From the NCBI GenBank assembly GCA_038087875.1, contig CM075996.1:5706001-5770000 (forward strand): a stretch of 64,000 nt of DNA, read 5' to 3'. The number at the start of each line of letters is the position of its first letter. Within the stretch, counting starts at the first letter, position 1. The DNA is from Malacoraja senta (lineage: Eukaryota). A model generated the notes under the pieces. It had not been told where the DNA came from. It did no database searches and saw only the letters and a program-made list of their open reading frames with translations. Shown in pieces: positions 24,247-38,039 of this stretch. Position numbers and translations under genes: made by a program.

Positions 24247-25619
24247 CTCAGCGCACTTTCTGATACCAATCCCATATCCATTGATTCCCTTTGCATATAA
24301 AAATCCATTGATCTCTATCTTGACTGGTAGGAGACCATGAGCCTAGTTCTAGATGGCCCAGCCAGACGAACCATAAACTCATGGAACATGAACATAAACA
24401 TGGAACAATTGGAAAAACATAGAACGTATAGGGACAGCACAGTGACACATCTTACAGAACCGTTGCCTCACAGCGACAGAGACCAGGTTCAATCCCAACC
24501 TCGGGTGCTATCTGTGTGGAGTTCTCCCAGTGACTGCGTGAGTTTCACTGGGAGCTCCGGTTTCCCTCCACACCCCAAATACGTGTGGGTTGGTAGGTTA
24601 ATTGGCTGCTGTAAATTTCCCCTAGTGTATAGGTGAGTGGCAAAATCTGGGGGAAATTGATAACAATATGGGGAGAAAAAACTAGGAGTAGGTGTTAGTG
24701 TAAATGGGTGGTTGATGGTCAGCGTGGAATCTGTCGGCAAAAGCGTTGTTTCCATACTGTATCTCTCTTTTTTTTTTAAACTGTCAGACCCTGTGAACAT
24801 TTCAATGAGATCACCATACATGATTCTAAATTCAATAGTTATAAATCCAATCTTTTTATTTGTCTAGAGATGTGAAACCATCCCAGAAATCAATCTGGTA
24901 AACCTTGCTGCATTCCTGCCATAGAAAATATATCGAGTATCTGTGGACATGCATCCACATTCTCCGTAACCATCTTGTTTAAGGTATTGCCTTTCTATTC
25001 AAAAGAGCACAAAGTGCTGGAGTAACACAGCAGGTCAGGCATCATCCCCAAAGAACATGGATAGGTGATGTTTTGTCTCAAGACCCTTCTTCAGATTGCC
25101 TTTCAGTCTCACTAATTTCTCCAGTACTAATTGTTCACTAATGCTAGTTCCATAAGATGATCTTTTTAATATTATTCATACATTTTCTTAGAATCTGTAT
25201 TTATGTTTTTGCAGCCTACTTTCATGTTCTACTTACCGTTTCTTTATCCACACTTTAGTTCTCCTTAGCTCTATTTCTTTCACTGAATCCATTCCTTTCC
25301 CCATGTCTTTAAAATGGAAGACTGCGCTTTTCCTAGTCACTTGTGCTCAACTGTGAGCTTCCCAATTTCTTGTTTTGGCAAAGGTTCTGCAATCCCCTTT
25401 CTCATTACAACATCAGCAGGACAATTGCATGAGTCTAGCAATTTAATTTAACCTCATTAATACTCACAATACGCACGGAGGAATATCAAAGCCATCTGCC
25501 TTCATTTGGTCACATATCAGAAAAGCCTTGATTATCTGGTGGTTTGAATCTCTGCTAAACCAGAAAATCTTACATCATTTCAAGCCAGCACAGAAACATT
25601 CCCATACTGAAACACTTTA

Positions 25620-26095
25620 CCATTCCCATACTGACCTTTCTGTCCTGGGCCTCCTCCATTGTCACAATGAAGCCAAACGCAAATTGGAGGAACAACACGT
25701 CATATTTCACTTGGGCAACTTACAATCCAGCGGTATGAATATTAATTTCTCTAACTTCAAGTGAGCCTTGCATTCCCTCTCTCTCCGTCCCTCCCCCACC
25801 CTAGTCATTGTACTAGTTTCACTGTCGTTCTGTTGAGTTTCACTGTCAGTATAACTCATTATCACCTAGCCCATAGCCAACATTTGACCATTGTGGGCTC
25901 CACCTTTCCTTGTTCATCGTTACTTTTTGCATATCTTTCATTCATATGATTTATACATCTCTATATCACCGTCTATATTTCTCGTTTCCCTTTTCCCTGA
26001 CTGCCTGAAGGGTCTCGACCCAAAACATCACTTATTCCTTTTCCCAAGAGATGCTGCCTGACCTGCTGAGTTACTCCTGCTTTTTGTGTCTAACT
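25620..26095 (+). mobile_element. Penelope-like 3' fragment with terminal repeat
   Basis: SHTDLSVLGLLHCHNEAKRKLEEQHVIFHLG..QSSGMNINF, then the terminal-repeat motif. Confidence 0.8.
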
Positions 26096-29000
26096 GCATC
26101 TTACAGTTCACTATTCTTGTTTAGACATTAGATTGTGCAGGCTGCAAAAGGGCAGCCTGGAATAAGGGGATTCAAAAACAAAGCTACTTTCCTTGTCTGC
26201 TGGTGTTGCTGGAAATACTGCGGTTTAGACATTGCACCATGCTATGGTATTTTGGGCATATAGTTCATCATGCTGACCGTTGGGGTTTCCTTTTGTAATA
26301 TCATGCTGAAACTGACATTATTAAATTCAGTCCACAGTTCTGCAATGAAGTATGGCAAGTTCTGGTAGATATTACTGTGTGACTCATCCTATGCTATCTT
26401 TCCAGGCAACTCTTAAAGGAACAAACAAGCACAAGTGCTCTACAAGCAAGCAGATGTTCTTTGCACTGAAGAGTGCAGAGAGCATTTAGTGCCACAGTCG
26501 AAATTAGCTGGGGAAGCCTTTTTTAGTGAAGTCTATGAATCCCTGTACTTTGAGGAATCAAATGTCTGTGCCTCTGCTCCGTGCTCCAGTGTTCAGCTTG
26601 TGTTCTGTTAATCTGTCTCAAGCTAACCAAGGACACCAAATTATTGTCCTTTCCTTTTGCTTCAACAATAGACCTGGTGGAAAAGGTTTATTTGGAAGAC
26701 AATAGTTTCAATTGCCCACTTGTATCTACTATAGGATAGCTGCCCAAGTGCATGGCACGAGAATTCTGCCCCTGCCTCTTCCAGTAACAAGATTTATTGG
26801 CCAGACATGACCTTGGAGTTGATGCAGGGTCTCGACCTGAGATATCGACTATCTCGCTGCCTCCACAGATGTTGCCTGAGTTTCTCCAGCAGTTTGTTAT
26901 TTTTTGCCCTGGATTACAGCATCTGCACTTTTATGCATCTACATGATCGCTGACCTCCCCACTCACATGCTGGTGGAAAGCAGCAGCAGCCGCCTTTAAT
27001 GATCCTAGGGCTGGGAGGTTAAAGAGTGACATGACCCCAATCATCATGGGCAATGTAGTCAAGGTATATTTTTGAGCCAATGTTTGAGGTCATAGGAGGT
27101 TGCAGATCTGAGTAAGTTGAAAGTTCATTTTGAGTGATGGGCTTTTAAAGAGCACTGTTTCATGGGAATCATGATTTGTAGAAATATTATCCCACGAGTT
27201 AATAAAAATCATTACTTTTCAGAACAAATGTAGTTTCAAATCCCATTGCAGGCAAATTGTGAGTTTTACACAACCATTTGAAGAATCTTCACACTGAAAC
27301 TGCTGCGAAATGAAAAGACAAACTTGCCAAACGATGATAATGTACAGAAAATTGTCTTCAGTTAATCTTTTTTATTTTTTTATTTTTTAAATTTTATTTA
27401 TTAGAAGCACATTACGTTACAACCACATCCATTAGTACTCGTCACATATATTTTATTACAATTAATGTACTCCGTTTTTTTTTTTTTTACATTAATAAAG
27501 GGAGAGGATAAGATTAAGAGAAAGAGGAAAGTGAAGGAAAAGGTGAAAGTGTAAAAAAAAAAAAACGTGACAACAAGAAAGAACAAAGACCCTATAAGAA
27601 AAAGAGATAAGAAGTAGACCCTAGAAAAGAAGAAGAAAAAGAGTTAATCTACTTTGGGTTATTTTCATGTACACAGCACTTTATACTTGGAAACAGAAAA
27701 TGCTGTAAATATGTAGGTCAGGCAGCATCCGTGGAAAGTGATTTTACAAATGCTATCTGATCTGCTAAGTGTTTCAAACATTTCCTGATAATATTTCAGA
27801 TTTCCTGCATTTGTAATTTTTTGTTTTTTCACTTTTTTATGGATCTAAAATGAATTTCTAGCACACTTCTAAATTGGAAAGCTGGTGAAGCTAAGTCAAA
27901 GGTGTAATTTGGTTAGAGGTAAATTTTTCAAGACTATCACTCTATCATGTGACAGTTCGAGTTAATAAGTACAAAGAGAAAAAGGAAAATTCTACCATAA
28001 TGTAAACTAAGATATGGAAAGCAAATGCTTGAAAAGGTAAGGAATACCATCACTATGGATGCAGCTATGTTTCAAGGTGAAACAGAATTACCCGTTTCTA
28101 ATGCAACTGACCCAACAAAGAAATTGTGCACAATCTAGTAACAACATTCCCACTATGGTGAAATAGATATTGTAATCAAAGCTGCTAATTGTCAAACAGT
28201 CTTTGATCCTGTAAATCTTACATGTGTGTAATTCAAATAAAAACTGGTCATACATGATTGAAACTGTCAGTTAAGATGTACTGTTTTATTGTTATTATCG
28301 TGATCATAAAAGTGTTAATATTGTGATACTAAATCAGTGCATTGACTTTATTCGCTGATTCTTTTCTTTATAGAGACATCAATTTTGTTTTCTTTTAGTT
28401 GCTCATCAATAACTTTCCACTTTTATCAGGCCGGGAGAAGGAAGGTTTACTGATTATTTGTAACATTCAACTCCATTCACAACTTCTTCCAAAATTATTG
28501 GCTTGAGCTGACAAGTCTTCCCTTAGATTCATAAGGCCAGACCAATCATCACCAATAAAAAGAAAAGATAAACCCATAGCTCTTCAGGACATTTTAGCAG
28601 TGCCATCATTGACCAGATGTCCACCATCATCAACACTTTGAGATCACTAATAGGAGGCTTTAAAGGATTATTAAATAGACCAGCACATTGCCTACACTAC
28701 TGCCACACAGCAGCTACAGTATGTAATAATTATGGAATTCACTGCAACGATTCAGCTCAACAATACTTCCCAGCCATGCGATCTTTCACATCTAAAATGT
28801 CATGGATATATAGCTGGCTTCACATTATACACAATCTAAACTTGGACTTGCAGAATTACAAGTTTTATGGCTATATGTTAGTAGCCATACATTTACTTAT
28901 TCACAACAATTGGAAAACAAGGTAATGGGAAAAATGAGTCCTTTAACATCATTATTTTAGAGCTTTGGAATTGCCTATCTATTATTTTAGTGCACAAGTA

Positions 29001-30759
29001 TCTAGCATCTAACTTTCGAACATCACATGGTTTACTGACGCCGATTACTGACAGGTTTCTAGCTACTTATCTGGTTGAATACAGAAGAGCACTATATGTA
29101 GGGTTATCAAGAACCTAGTGAAAGGAATCCAAATCTAGTCAGGTACACCCTCTGCTTTCTATTTTTAACCCAAGTTTATGGTCAATCATTAATTACCCTG
29201 AATTTCATTTGTAAGGCTTTTCAGTAAAATCAAAAGTTTTACTGACCATTGATAAACACCTGAAATTATTGACAACTATAATTACATCATGTGATTGTGA
29301 TGAAACAGAGCACGTTTTATGATTCAAGCAGTATATGATAAGGGACCACTTGCGTGCAGCTTGGTCCAGCAAACTTATGCTCACTTTGAACTCAGTTGAT
29401 TTGGTCCATTCAAACCAATTTTGCTGGGAATTGTTAAGTGAAAGCAGAGTTTTAACATTATAGTAATCTGTACTGGATTTAATCTGAGATTCCTGATTGA
29501 ATGTGCGCTGTTTCATCACGTTATTTTCTTCTATTCGCCTCTATTCTTTTGGTAAGTTGATTTCCTATATTCCCTCTCCAATCCTGATCCTGCATTGCTC
29601 AGTATCAACTGCCACCTACAGCAAAAGAAGGGGAAATGCTGCTGGTCTCAATCTGATCCGAGCCAGAATGATTCATTATATCGTGTCCACGTGCTGCATG
29701 TGTAAGGTATTAGATCACCTGCACGAGATGTTTTGGTATAGCAGCAGTGAGATCACTAAGATATATAAAGAAGGCTTTGGAATAAAAAAACTCTTCTAAA
29801 ATGATGTGGCACGTTGTACCACAAAATGGTAGTCAATGTTAAACTATTCATTGTATGAGTAAATTATTGTTATAAGAAAATGACAGAAACCTCTTTCTTA
29901 CAGCAGCTGGCTTGGAAAAGGGAAATAGGTTTAACAAATTTAGCCCAAAATAAAGTCTTTGCATAAATCAAATGATCAGCAGTGATCAAATGAAAAATTA
30001 TTATGAACATTTCAAACTAGCTCTATTAAATGCAGCCCACGAATCAAGAACTTCCTCTGACATCAATTTAAAAGCCCAAGGACAAATGGTATGGAGATGC
30101 AATGCATGACTAAAGTACCGGTACTTGGGTCATTGTGCATTAAGTCACAGATCCCATTGTATAATTGAACAGGTTTAAGAGGTTGATGGTCTTGCTTCCT
30201 TTCTATGTTCGTAACAATAAAAATGTACTACTTTGGATATTTGCAAAGCTGATACTTAATTTAAGTGGTGGGGGAAGGGTGTGGAATGTTCTCATATGAT
30301 AGCTATTAACAACTGCAGATTTTCTGTTACAATTGGCTATCACACTCTACCCATCCATTAAGCACTCTTACCGAGATTATGTATCAGCCATCCCTTTCTA
30401 TTCCTAATACTTTCCTATTAAGTTCTCTTATTCTTGAACCACTTTTTGAGAATAACCTAGTTTTGCAGCAACAGTCGGTCATCAGTGGTCTGTATCGAAA
30501 CTCAAAACTTTAAAACTATAATTCAGTTACAATGCTCACCAACACTTTCTACCAAATATACTATACTTCCTGTTAAATTCTTGCACATCTAATGCCACAA
30601 ACTGCACATTTCATGGGAAGGGCCCTCAGTAATAATCTTGTGCACCTTGTTTTTGTATTGAAAAGAAACTCAGCATCCTAGAAATTGGATTCCTTGCATC
30701 TTTGGTGAGCTAAAGGGGAATTACATTTTGCCCTAATACTAAATGTGAAGTACTCTTCT

Positions 30760-31680
30760 AGTATAGATGAGGCTCTCACCAGGGTCTCCTCTATATCCTG
30801 TAGCTCTGCTCTCACTCCCCATCCCCCCACTCATAACAAAGACAGTCCCCCTTGTCCTCACCTTCCACCCCACCAGCCGTCACATACAACAGATAATCCT
30901 CCAACATTTTCGCCACCTCCAACAGGATCCCACCACTGGTCACATCTTCCCATCTCCTCCCCTGTCGGCTTTCTGCAGAGACCGTTCCCTCCTCAACTCC
31001 CTGGTCAATTTGTCTCTTCCCACCCAAACTACCCTCTCCCCTGGTACTTTCCCTTGCACCCGCAGGAAATGCTACACTTGTCGCTTTACCTCCCCCCTTG
31101 AATCCATCCAAGGACCCAAGCAGTCCTTCCAGGTGCGGCAGAGGTTCACCTGCACCTCCTCCAACCTCATCTATTGCATCCGCTGCTCTAGGTGTCAGCT
31201 GCTCTACATCGGTGAGACCAAGCGTAGGCTTGACGATCGCTTCACCCAACACCTCCGCTCGGTTCGCACTAACCAACCTGATCTCCCGGTGGCCCCGCAC
31301 TTCAACTCCCCCTCCCATTCCGAATCCAACCTTTCTGTCCTGGGCCTTCTCCATGGCCTGAGTGAGTCCCACCGCAAATCGGAGGAGCAGTACCTCATAT
31401 TTCGCTTGGGCAGATTACACCCCAGCGGTATGAACATTGACTTCTTCAATTTCAGGTGGTCCTTGCTTTATCCCTCCTTCCCCTCCCCTTCCCAACTCTC
31501 CCACAGCCTACTGTCTCCGCCTCTTCCTTTCTTCTTCCCGCCTCCACATCAGTCTGAAGAAGGGTCTCGACCCAAAACGTCACCTATTCCTTCACTCCAT
31601 AGATGCTGCCTCACTCGCTGAGTTTCTCCAGCATTTTTGTCTACCTTCAATTTTTCCAGCATCTGCAGTTCTTTCTTAAA
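30760..31680 (+). mobile_element. Penelope-like element 3' part: GIY-YIG endonuclease plus terminal repeat with a hammerhead-like core
   Basis: ORF 30767-31621 contains FTCTSSNLIYCIRC...YIGETKRRL..RF..H; CTGAAGAAGGGTCTCGACCCAAAACGTC at about 31554. Confidence 0.9.
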
Positions 31681-33572
31681 CTCTAAATCATTTATGGTGA
31701 TTTTTTTTGTCAATATTGCCTGCCTGTAAAAGAGTAACATGGGAGACCGAAGATAAACTTTAATTCAAGCATGTTTTTCAAATTAGTGTCCTCATTTTAC
31801 TATGAATGGAGAAAAAAAATTGTCGTTCATGAACTGTTGATCCAAATTCTACGTCAAGAATGTGCATTTTTCAGTATGATGGTGTCTTCATAAGCACAAA
31901 ACGGGGCAATACGGCAAAACAACTAGTGCAAGGTCTAATTGTCAATGGATGGGTCATCGGGTGGAAATTAGCACACAATTAATATACGTGACCGAAATGC
32001 TTTTATTTGTCAATTTACAACACAATCAGCTAATCTATTCCTCCAATGGTCAATGCTTTACTATCATTATTCTGGTTATTAGTTTCTGGGCCAAAAGATT
32101 TTAGTACTGCTGTGGCATCCAATCCCACTGATTCAGTCCAAACAGACCTCCTAATCACATGTGACAATAAACTATTCCATTCCATTCCATTCCAATTAGG
32201 GTTTAATAAACATTTCTGTGAAGCACCCTGTTTGAATGTATATGCTGATGCTGTTTTCTTATTGACAGACAATGGGTGCCCAAGAAAATGCAACAATCTA
32301 AAAGGTATAGCTAACAAAAAATGTAAAGATAAATAATTGATTACATAATTGTCAGAAAAAATATTACATTATCATTACAATGATTGCTTAAACATTTTGC
32401 AATGCCAAACATTAATACCAGGTCCAATGGAAAGAGGAATCCTAATAGTTACACCTGATTTTAGAAATAGAAACAAAATTGCTAAAAATGAGGTCAATTT
32501 GTTTGTTCAGACTGTTCAGAAGGCTCTGGGAATGAAGACAAATTGTGATGAAATGTCTTTGATGCAAAATATTAATCTATTTCCACTGATGCTTCCTGCC
32601 CTGTATTCCAGCATTTACTGTTTTTATATCTTAAACACTGAAGTTGCATTGAGAGTTTGGATAATGTAGTACCATTACTTAAAAGTACAGTTAGATATAA
32701 AGTTACTGATTGATAATCACTCAAGATCTTTCTCCTCTCTTCCACTTGAGCTATCTCACACCTTTCATGCTCCCTTCCTCTCCACTCTCCACATTCTGTC
32801 CAGGTTCTCCTCTCTCCCCAAGCTTCCTGTTCCAGAGGATCTCCACCACCAACCTTTACCTCTTCCCCCAAATACAATATTGCAGTCTTAGGACTCTCTC
32901 TTTCTCTCTCTCGCCTCCTCCCAACTCCATCCTTTTCCTCCCTCCAAAAACACAGAACTCTTCAATAACTTTCCACCTGGGCTCTCACCCTGCCCCTCTT
33001 TCCTCTCTTCTCCTCTGCTCTCCTAGTTCTCCATCTCCCCTCTCAATATTTTCCAGATTATCAAATTCTTCCACTTCTACTACCCCAAATTCCTGGGCTC
33101 CCAACATCAGAAGCACCTCTTCCTCCCAACATCAGAAGCACCAATCTGCTATATATATGACACCTTTTCAACATTAATATCTCCTACACCCACATCCATC
33201 CATCCAGACCTCAATGCCCCTACTATCATAAGTGATAGGAGAAGAATTAGGCCATTCGGCCCATCAAGTCTACTCCAACATTCAATCGTGGCTGATCTAT
33301 CTCTTCCTCCTAACCCCATTCTCCTGCCTTCTCCCCCATCAATAATCTATCTATCTCTGCCTTAAAAATAGCCATTGACTAGGCCTCCACTGCCTTCTGT
33401 GGCAAAGAATTCCACAGATTTACCACCCTCTGACTAAAGAAATTCCTCCTCATCTCCTTCCTAAATGGTCCCCAGAGGTAGGATATGTGCGGGGATCGCT
33501 GGTCGGTGCGGACTCGATGGGCCGAAGGGCCTGTTTCCGCGCTGTATCAAACTAAAAAACATAAAGCCACCC

Positions 33573-33990
33573 CCACCAATTCATACCTCACCGTGTCCCA
33601 CATTGGAAGTCCACCAATTCATACCTCACCATGTCCCACATTGGAAGTCCACCAATTCATACCTCAGCATGTCCCACATTGGAAGTCCACCAATTCATAC
33701 CTCAGCATGTCCCACATTGGAAGTCCACCAATTCATACCTCACCGTGCCCCACATTGGAAGTCCACCAATTCATACCTCACCATGTCCCACATTGGAAGT
33801 CCACCAATTCATACCTCAGCATGTCCCACATTGGAAGTCCACCAATTCATACCTCACCGTGCCCCACATTGGAAGTCCACCAATTCATACCTCACCATGT
33901 CCCACATTGGAAGTCCACCAATTCATACCTCAGCATGTCCCACATTGGAAGTCCACCAATTCATACCTCAGCATGTCCCACATTGGAAGC
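33573..33990. repeat. Minisatellite, 11 x 38 bp (CCACCAATTCATACCTCA[C/G]C[A/G]TG[T/C]CCCACATTGGAAGT)
   Basis: Units start every 38 bp from 33573 to 33953, with no spacers. Confidence 0.97.
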
Positions 33991-34210
33991 CAACCTCAGC
34001 CATCCCCCCCCCCCCCCCCCCCCCCACTCCCTGGGCTCTCTCCCGCGCGGCGCGCGCCAGCCCGCCCGTTCAAGCGCCAACGGCTTCTCCGTGGCCGCTC
34101 GCCTCGCGCCAAACGGCCTCCGCTCCGGGCGTCGAGCAGCGGCCATGAAGTCCGGCAACAGGTACAAAAAAAACAAACCCCATGAGGACACCACCGAAGG
34201 AGCACGGACG
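33991..34210 (+). promoter_or_regulatory. CpG-rich putative promoter/5'UTR of the sacsin-like gene
   Basis: Dense CpG (cgcgcggcgcgcgcc) in a CpG-poor background. Sequence is C-rich upstream and G-rich downstream. Confidence 0.6.
34145..34209 (+). CDS. SACS-like: Sacsin-like gene, putative coding exon 1 (MKSGNR...; donor after 34161 or after 34209)
   Basis: GCC-ATG at 34145 in a CpG-rich stretch. Two GT donors (CAG|GTACAA and GAC|GTGAGC) are both phase 2 and join in frame to exon 37950. Confidence 0.55.
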
Positions 34211-34229
34211 TGAGCGGTGGTCTGTTGAC

Positions 34230-35350
34230 AGGGGATTGTGTCGATGGTGATGGTGGGGTTAAGGTGGAAGCTGCGGAAGGAGTTGGGGGGAGGGAAGGAG
34301 TGGGGCTAAAGGAAGTTGAGGGGGTTGGAAGTGGAAAGAGTGGGTGTGAGCGAAGGAGTGGGTGTGATAGAAACGATGGGGGGGGGGGGTGGGGGGTGAG
34401 GGAAGGAGGAATGGGGAGGTGAGGTGGAAGAGTGGGGGTGAGGGAAGGAGTGGGGGGTGAGAGGGAAGGAGGGGGTGTGAGGGAAGGGGTGGGGCTAATG
34501 GAAGGAGTGAGGGAAGGAATGGAGGTGAGGGAAGGAATGGAGGTGAGGAAAGGTATGGGGGTGAGGAAAGGAATGGGGGTGGAAGCTGGGGGTTGGAAGG
34601 AGTGGGCGAGAGAAGGAGTGAGGGGTGGGAGGAGTGGAAGCTGTGGGGAGTGGAAGCTATGGGGGGTGGAAGGAATGGTGTAAGGGAAGCTGTGGGGGTG
34701 GATGGAGTGGAAAGAGTGTGGGGTGAGGGAAGGAGTGGAGGGTGGAAGGAGTGGGTAAGCCAAGGGGGTGAGATTGAGGATGGATAGGATCAGGTGAGGG
34801 TGCATGTGGTGGTGTGGGTGGGTCAGTTATGGATGGTTACACCTGTGCATGGCATGGATCAACATCCTTAGGGAAATTGGGGTGAGGATTTAATGGATCA
34901 AGAAAGAAATTGGGATGAGAATGGTTGAGTTGGGTGGGAAATTGGGCTGAGGGTGAATGGGCTGGGTGGGAAAGTGGGGTATGAGTGTGTGGGCCGGTGG
35001 GAAAGTGGGGTAAGGGTAGAAGGGCCAGCTAGGAAGGCAGATGGTTGGGATGAGGGTGGGTGGGTGGATGGGGTAAGAATAAATGGGCCAGGTGGGATGT
35101 GTTGGGTGAAGATGGATGAGATGTGGGTGCAATGAGGTAATGGTGGGATGGGATGGGTGGTAAAGTGAGATGAGAGTGGATGGGGTGGGTAATGAGTAAG
35201 GTGAGATGAGCATGGAGGGGGTTGAGGGAGGAGATCAAGATGCATGGCTTGGGATGGTGGGTGAGGCTGGGATTTGATCATGTCTGCAGGGAATCAAAAG
35301 GTGGGTTTGGTTGATGCAGGTGAGGGATGGGTGACAAGGGTTGGAAGTAC
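34230..35350. repeat. G/purine-rich low-complexity tract (GTGAGGGAAGGA-like units) at the start of intron 1
   Basis: Repeated GGG runs and degenerate short units. Confidence 0.85.
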
Positions 35351-35474
35351 TGTGCATTGGAAAGTAGATGGGTGATAGGGATGGTGTGTCACAGGATGGA
35401 TGTTGAACCATCAGCATTTCCGAATAATTGGATAGTTTGTTATCACGGTTTTACTTTGTGTCAAATGCAATTGT

Positions 35475-36470
35475 AGACCAATTGCAGTTGGCAACAACAC
35501 TTCCTCCCTGATAACCATTCAACACAGTGGCACGTCAAGGCTGTGTGCTCAGCCCCCTGCTCTACTCATTCTGCACCCATGACTGTGTAGCCAGACACAG
35601 TTCCAATTCCATATTTAAATTTGCCAATGACACCACCATGGTTGGACGAATTACAGACAATAATGAATCAGTATAGGAGGGAGATCAATTGTCTGATTGA
35701 ATAGTGCCAGAACAACAACCTTGCTCAACGTTAGTAAAACCAAGGACCTGATTGTTGACTGGAGAAGAAGAAGCCTGAGCATCTATGAACATACCCTCAT
35801 TGACGGATCGGTGGTGAAGGGACTCAAGCAAGTTCCTGGGCTATCCTGCACCCCGCAATTGATGTAATCATAAAAAAAGTCCATCAATGCCTCTACCTCC
35901 TTAGAATATTGAGATCTGGTATGTCAACAAATGCTCTCTTGAACATCAACAGGGGTAGGGGAGAGACAATATTGACTGGTTGCATAACAGCCTGATTCAG
36001 CAACTCAAACATTCCGGAACAAAGGAGATTACAAAAAGTGATGAACACTGCTTGGTCCATCACAGGTACTGACTCCACAATCGAAGGGATCTAAAGGAGG
36101 CGTTGCCTCAAAAAAGCTGCTAGCATCATCAAGGACCCACACCACCTTGGCCATGTTCTTATTTCACTCCTGCCATCGGGAAGAAGGTATAGGAGACGGA
36201 AAACCTATAACATTCAGGTTCAGAAACAGCTTCTTGCCACCAGGCTATTGAACTATGAATTCAACTAAACTCTGAACTGCCTTGGTTGCACTGGGGACTT
36301 TGAGCTTTGTTTTTGTTTTGCACTATATTGGATTTTTTATTTATTTAACTTATTTTTCTTTGTTTGTTTAGTATATAATCTATTGAGTACTGTGTTTACA
36401 AACCACGTGCTGCTGCAAGTAAGAATTTCATTGTTCCGTTTTGGTACATTTGACAATAATACTCTTGACT
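35475..36470 (+). mobile_element. Rex1/Babar-like LINE 3' fragment (decayed), intron 1
   Basis: QGCVLSPLLYS..THDC, FKFA[N]DTT.VG, LNVSKTK.LIVD remnants and a ...ACAATAA tail. Confidence 0.78.
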
Positions 36471-36956
36471 TGCTTCTCATACAGACAGAGACCTAGGATT
36501 AATCCTGGCCATGTGTGCTGTCTGCATGTAGTTTGCATGTTCTCCATTGACTGTGGCTTTCCTCTGGGTACTCCTCCTACATCCCAAAGGCCTGCGGTTA
36601 CTATTGATGCAAATATTTATGGATTGTTTTTAATGAATTCCATCATCAAGTTTCGAACCCCTTCACATCAAGTGCTGGTTTATTGCTTATTAATTGTGCA
36701 AAAATGGACACAGCAATCAAAAAAACGAATACATATTATTACTAATAATTGACATGTTCTCTTTTGATTTGATCCTCAGAAGAAATTTTGGATTAAAGCA
36801 ACCCTGAAAATCAACTAGTGTTTATATGGGTATGTGTGAAGTGGATTTTAGAATCATACAAAAAAAGGTCCTTTAGTCTACCAATCCTATGCCAACAATC
36901 AACTATCTGTTTACACTAATCCTGCACTAATCATAGTCTCCCTACATTCTGTAAAC

Positions 36957-37052
36957 AGTCTGAAGAAGGGTTTCGGCCCGAAACGTTGCCTATTTCCTTC
37001 GCTCCTTAGATGCTGCCTCACCCGCTGAGTTTCTCCAGCATTTTTGTCTACC
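36957..37052 (+). mobile_element. 96-bp Penelope-derived mini-element, 10-bp TSD
   Basis: TTCTGTAAAC at 36947-36956 and 37053-37062, inside a SINE. Confidence 0.82.
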
Positions 37053-37949
37053 TTCTGTAAACTTCCCTCAGTTTGTATTATTTACCTGCCCACTAGGGGG
37101 CGATCTCCAGTAGCCAATAAACTGTCACCAAGTGACCTGTACGTCTTTTGAATGGAGGAAGAAACAGGAGTACCCATTGGAAAACCACACAATCAATAGG
37201 GAACATACAAACTCCATGCAGACGCCACCAGAGGCCAGGATTAAATCTGGGCCTCTGGCAATATGAGGCAAGAGCTCTACTAGTTGCGCCACTGTACAAT
37301 TTTAAAGATCTTAAAATTGTTCCATTGTTTCACTGAAGGAGATAGGCTAAAGATACTTGTAGTTGGTTCCTTTTCCATTAACAAAGATTATTAGTAACCT
37401 GGATAAACCAATACATTGAAAGAACAAATGCATTCCTTAAGTGATTGTCATGAATTAAGCAAAGTTGAACATTTTATTGCCAATGAACTCCATACAAATG
37501 CATTATATTTACCACTGAAAACTAGCTCTTGAAAATATGTATCCAGGAAAATTAAAATATTATGACTTAGCTCAAGTGTCTTGATGTTCCACAAGCAATA
37601 CAGTCTACCTTTGTTTTTGTGGACCTCTTTATAACGATTTTCGGTTATAGCAGATGAAATCTGTTGTAACCGAGGCGTTCGATCGTTTCAGGAACCAAAG
37701 ACAGAGTGACCGCTGGATGGTTGGAGTGAATCTTGTTTCAGTCAGTGGTTATCTTTTCTGTTTAATGTGTGTCTTATTTAGTGTATGTTTAGTGTATGTT
37801 TATCCAATACTGTACATATTTACCCTCCTTGCTCAATTATAGTGGACAAATGGGAATAATGGACACTCCCCCTCCCCACTCCCTGATCCCCTAGATCCAT
37901 TATATTGAGGGGTATTTGTAATAACAATATTTTTTTAACCTTAATTTAG

Positions 37950-38039
37950 GCATGCAGCGACATCTCTTATGATGTCTTCTCTACTGCATCGTAAAGATCA
38001 AGCTGATGGCAGTGTCGACAGCAATAGCAAAAAAATCAG
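37950..38039 (+). CDS. SACS-like: Sacsin-like gene, exon 2 (HAATSLMMSSLLHRKDQADGSVDSNSKKI)
   Basis: tttag acceptor and AG|GTAAGG donor. Open frame, phase-compatible with exon 3; also contains in-frame ATGs at 37969 and 37972. Confidence 0.75.

Noticed and set aside
33573..33990. CRISPR-like regularly spaced 38-bp repeats and three overlapping repetitive ORFs
   Set aside because: Units are contiguous with no unique spacers, there are no cas genes, and the context is eukaryotic. The ORFs are just stop-free translations of the minisatellite.
33996..35281. Pro-rich and Gly/Glu-rich ORFs
   Set aside because: Low-complexity G-rich intron sequence.
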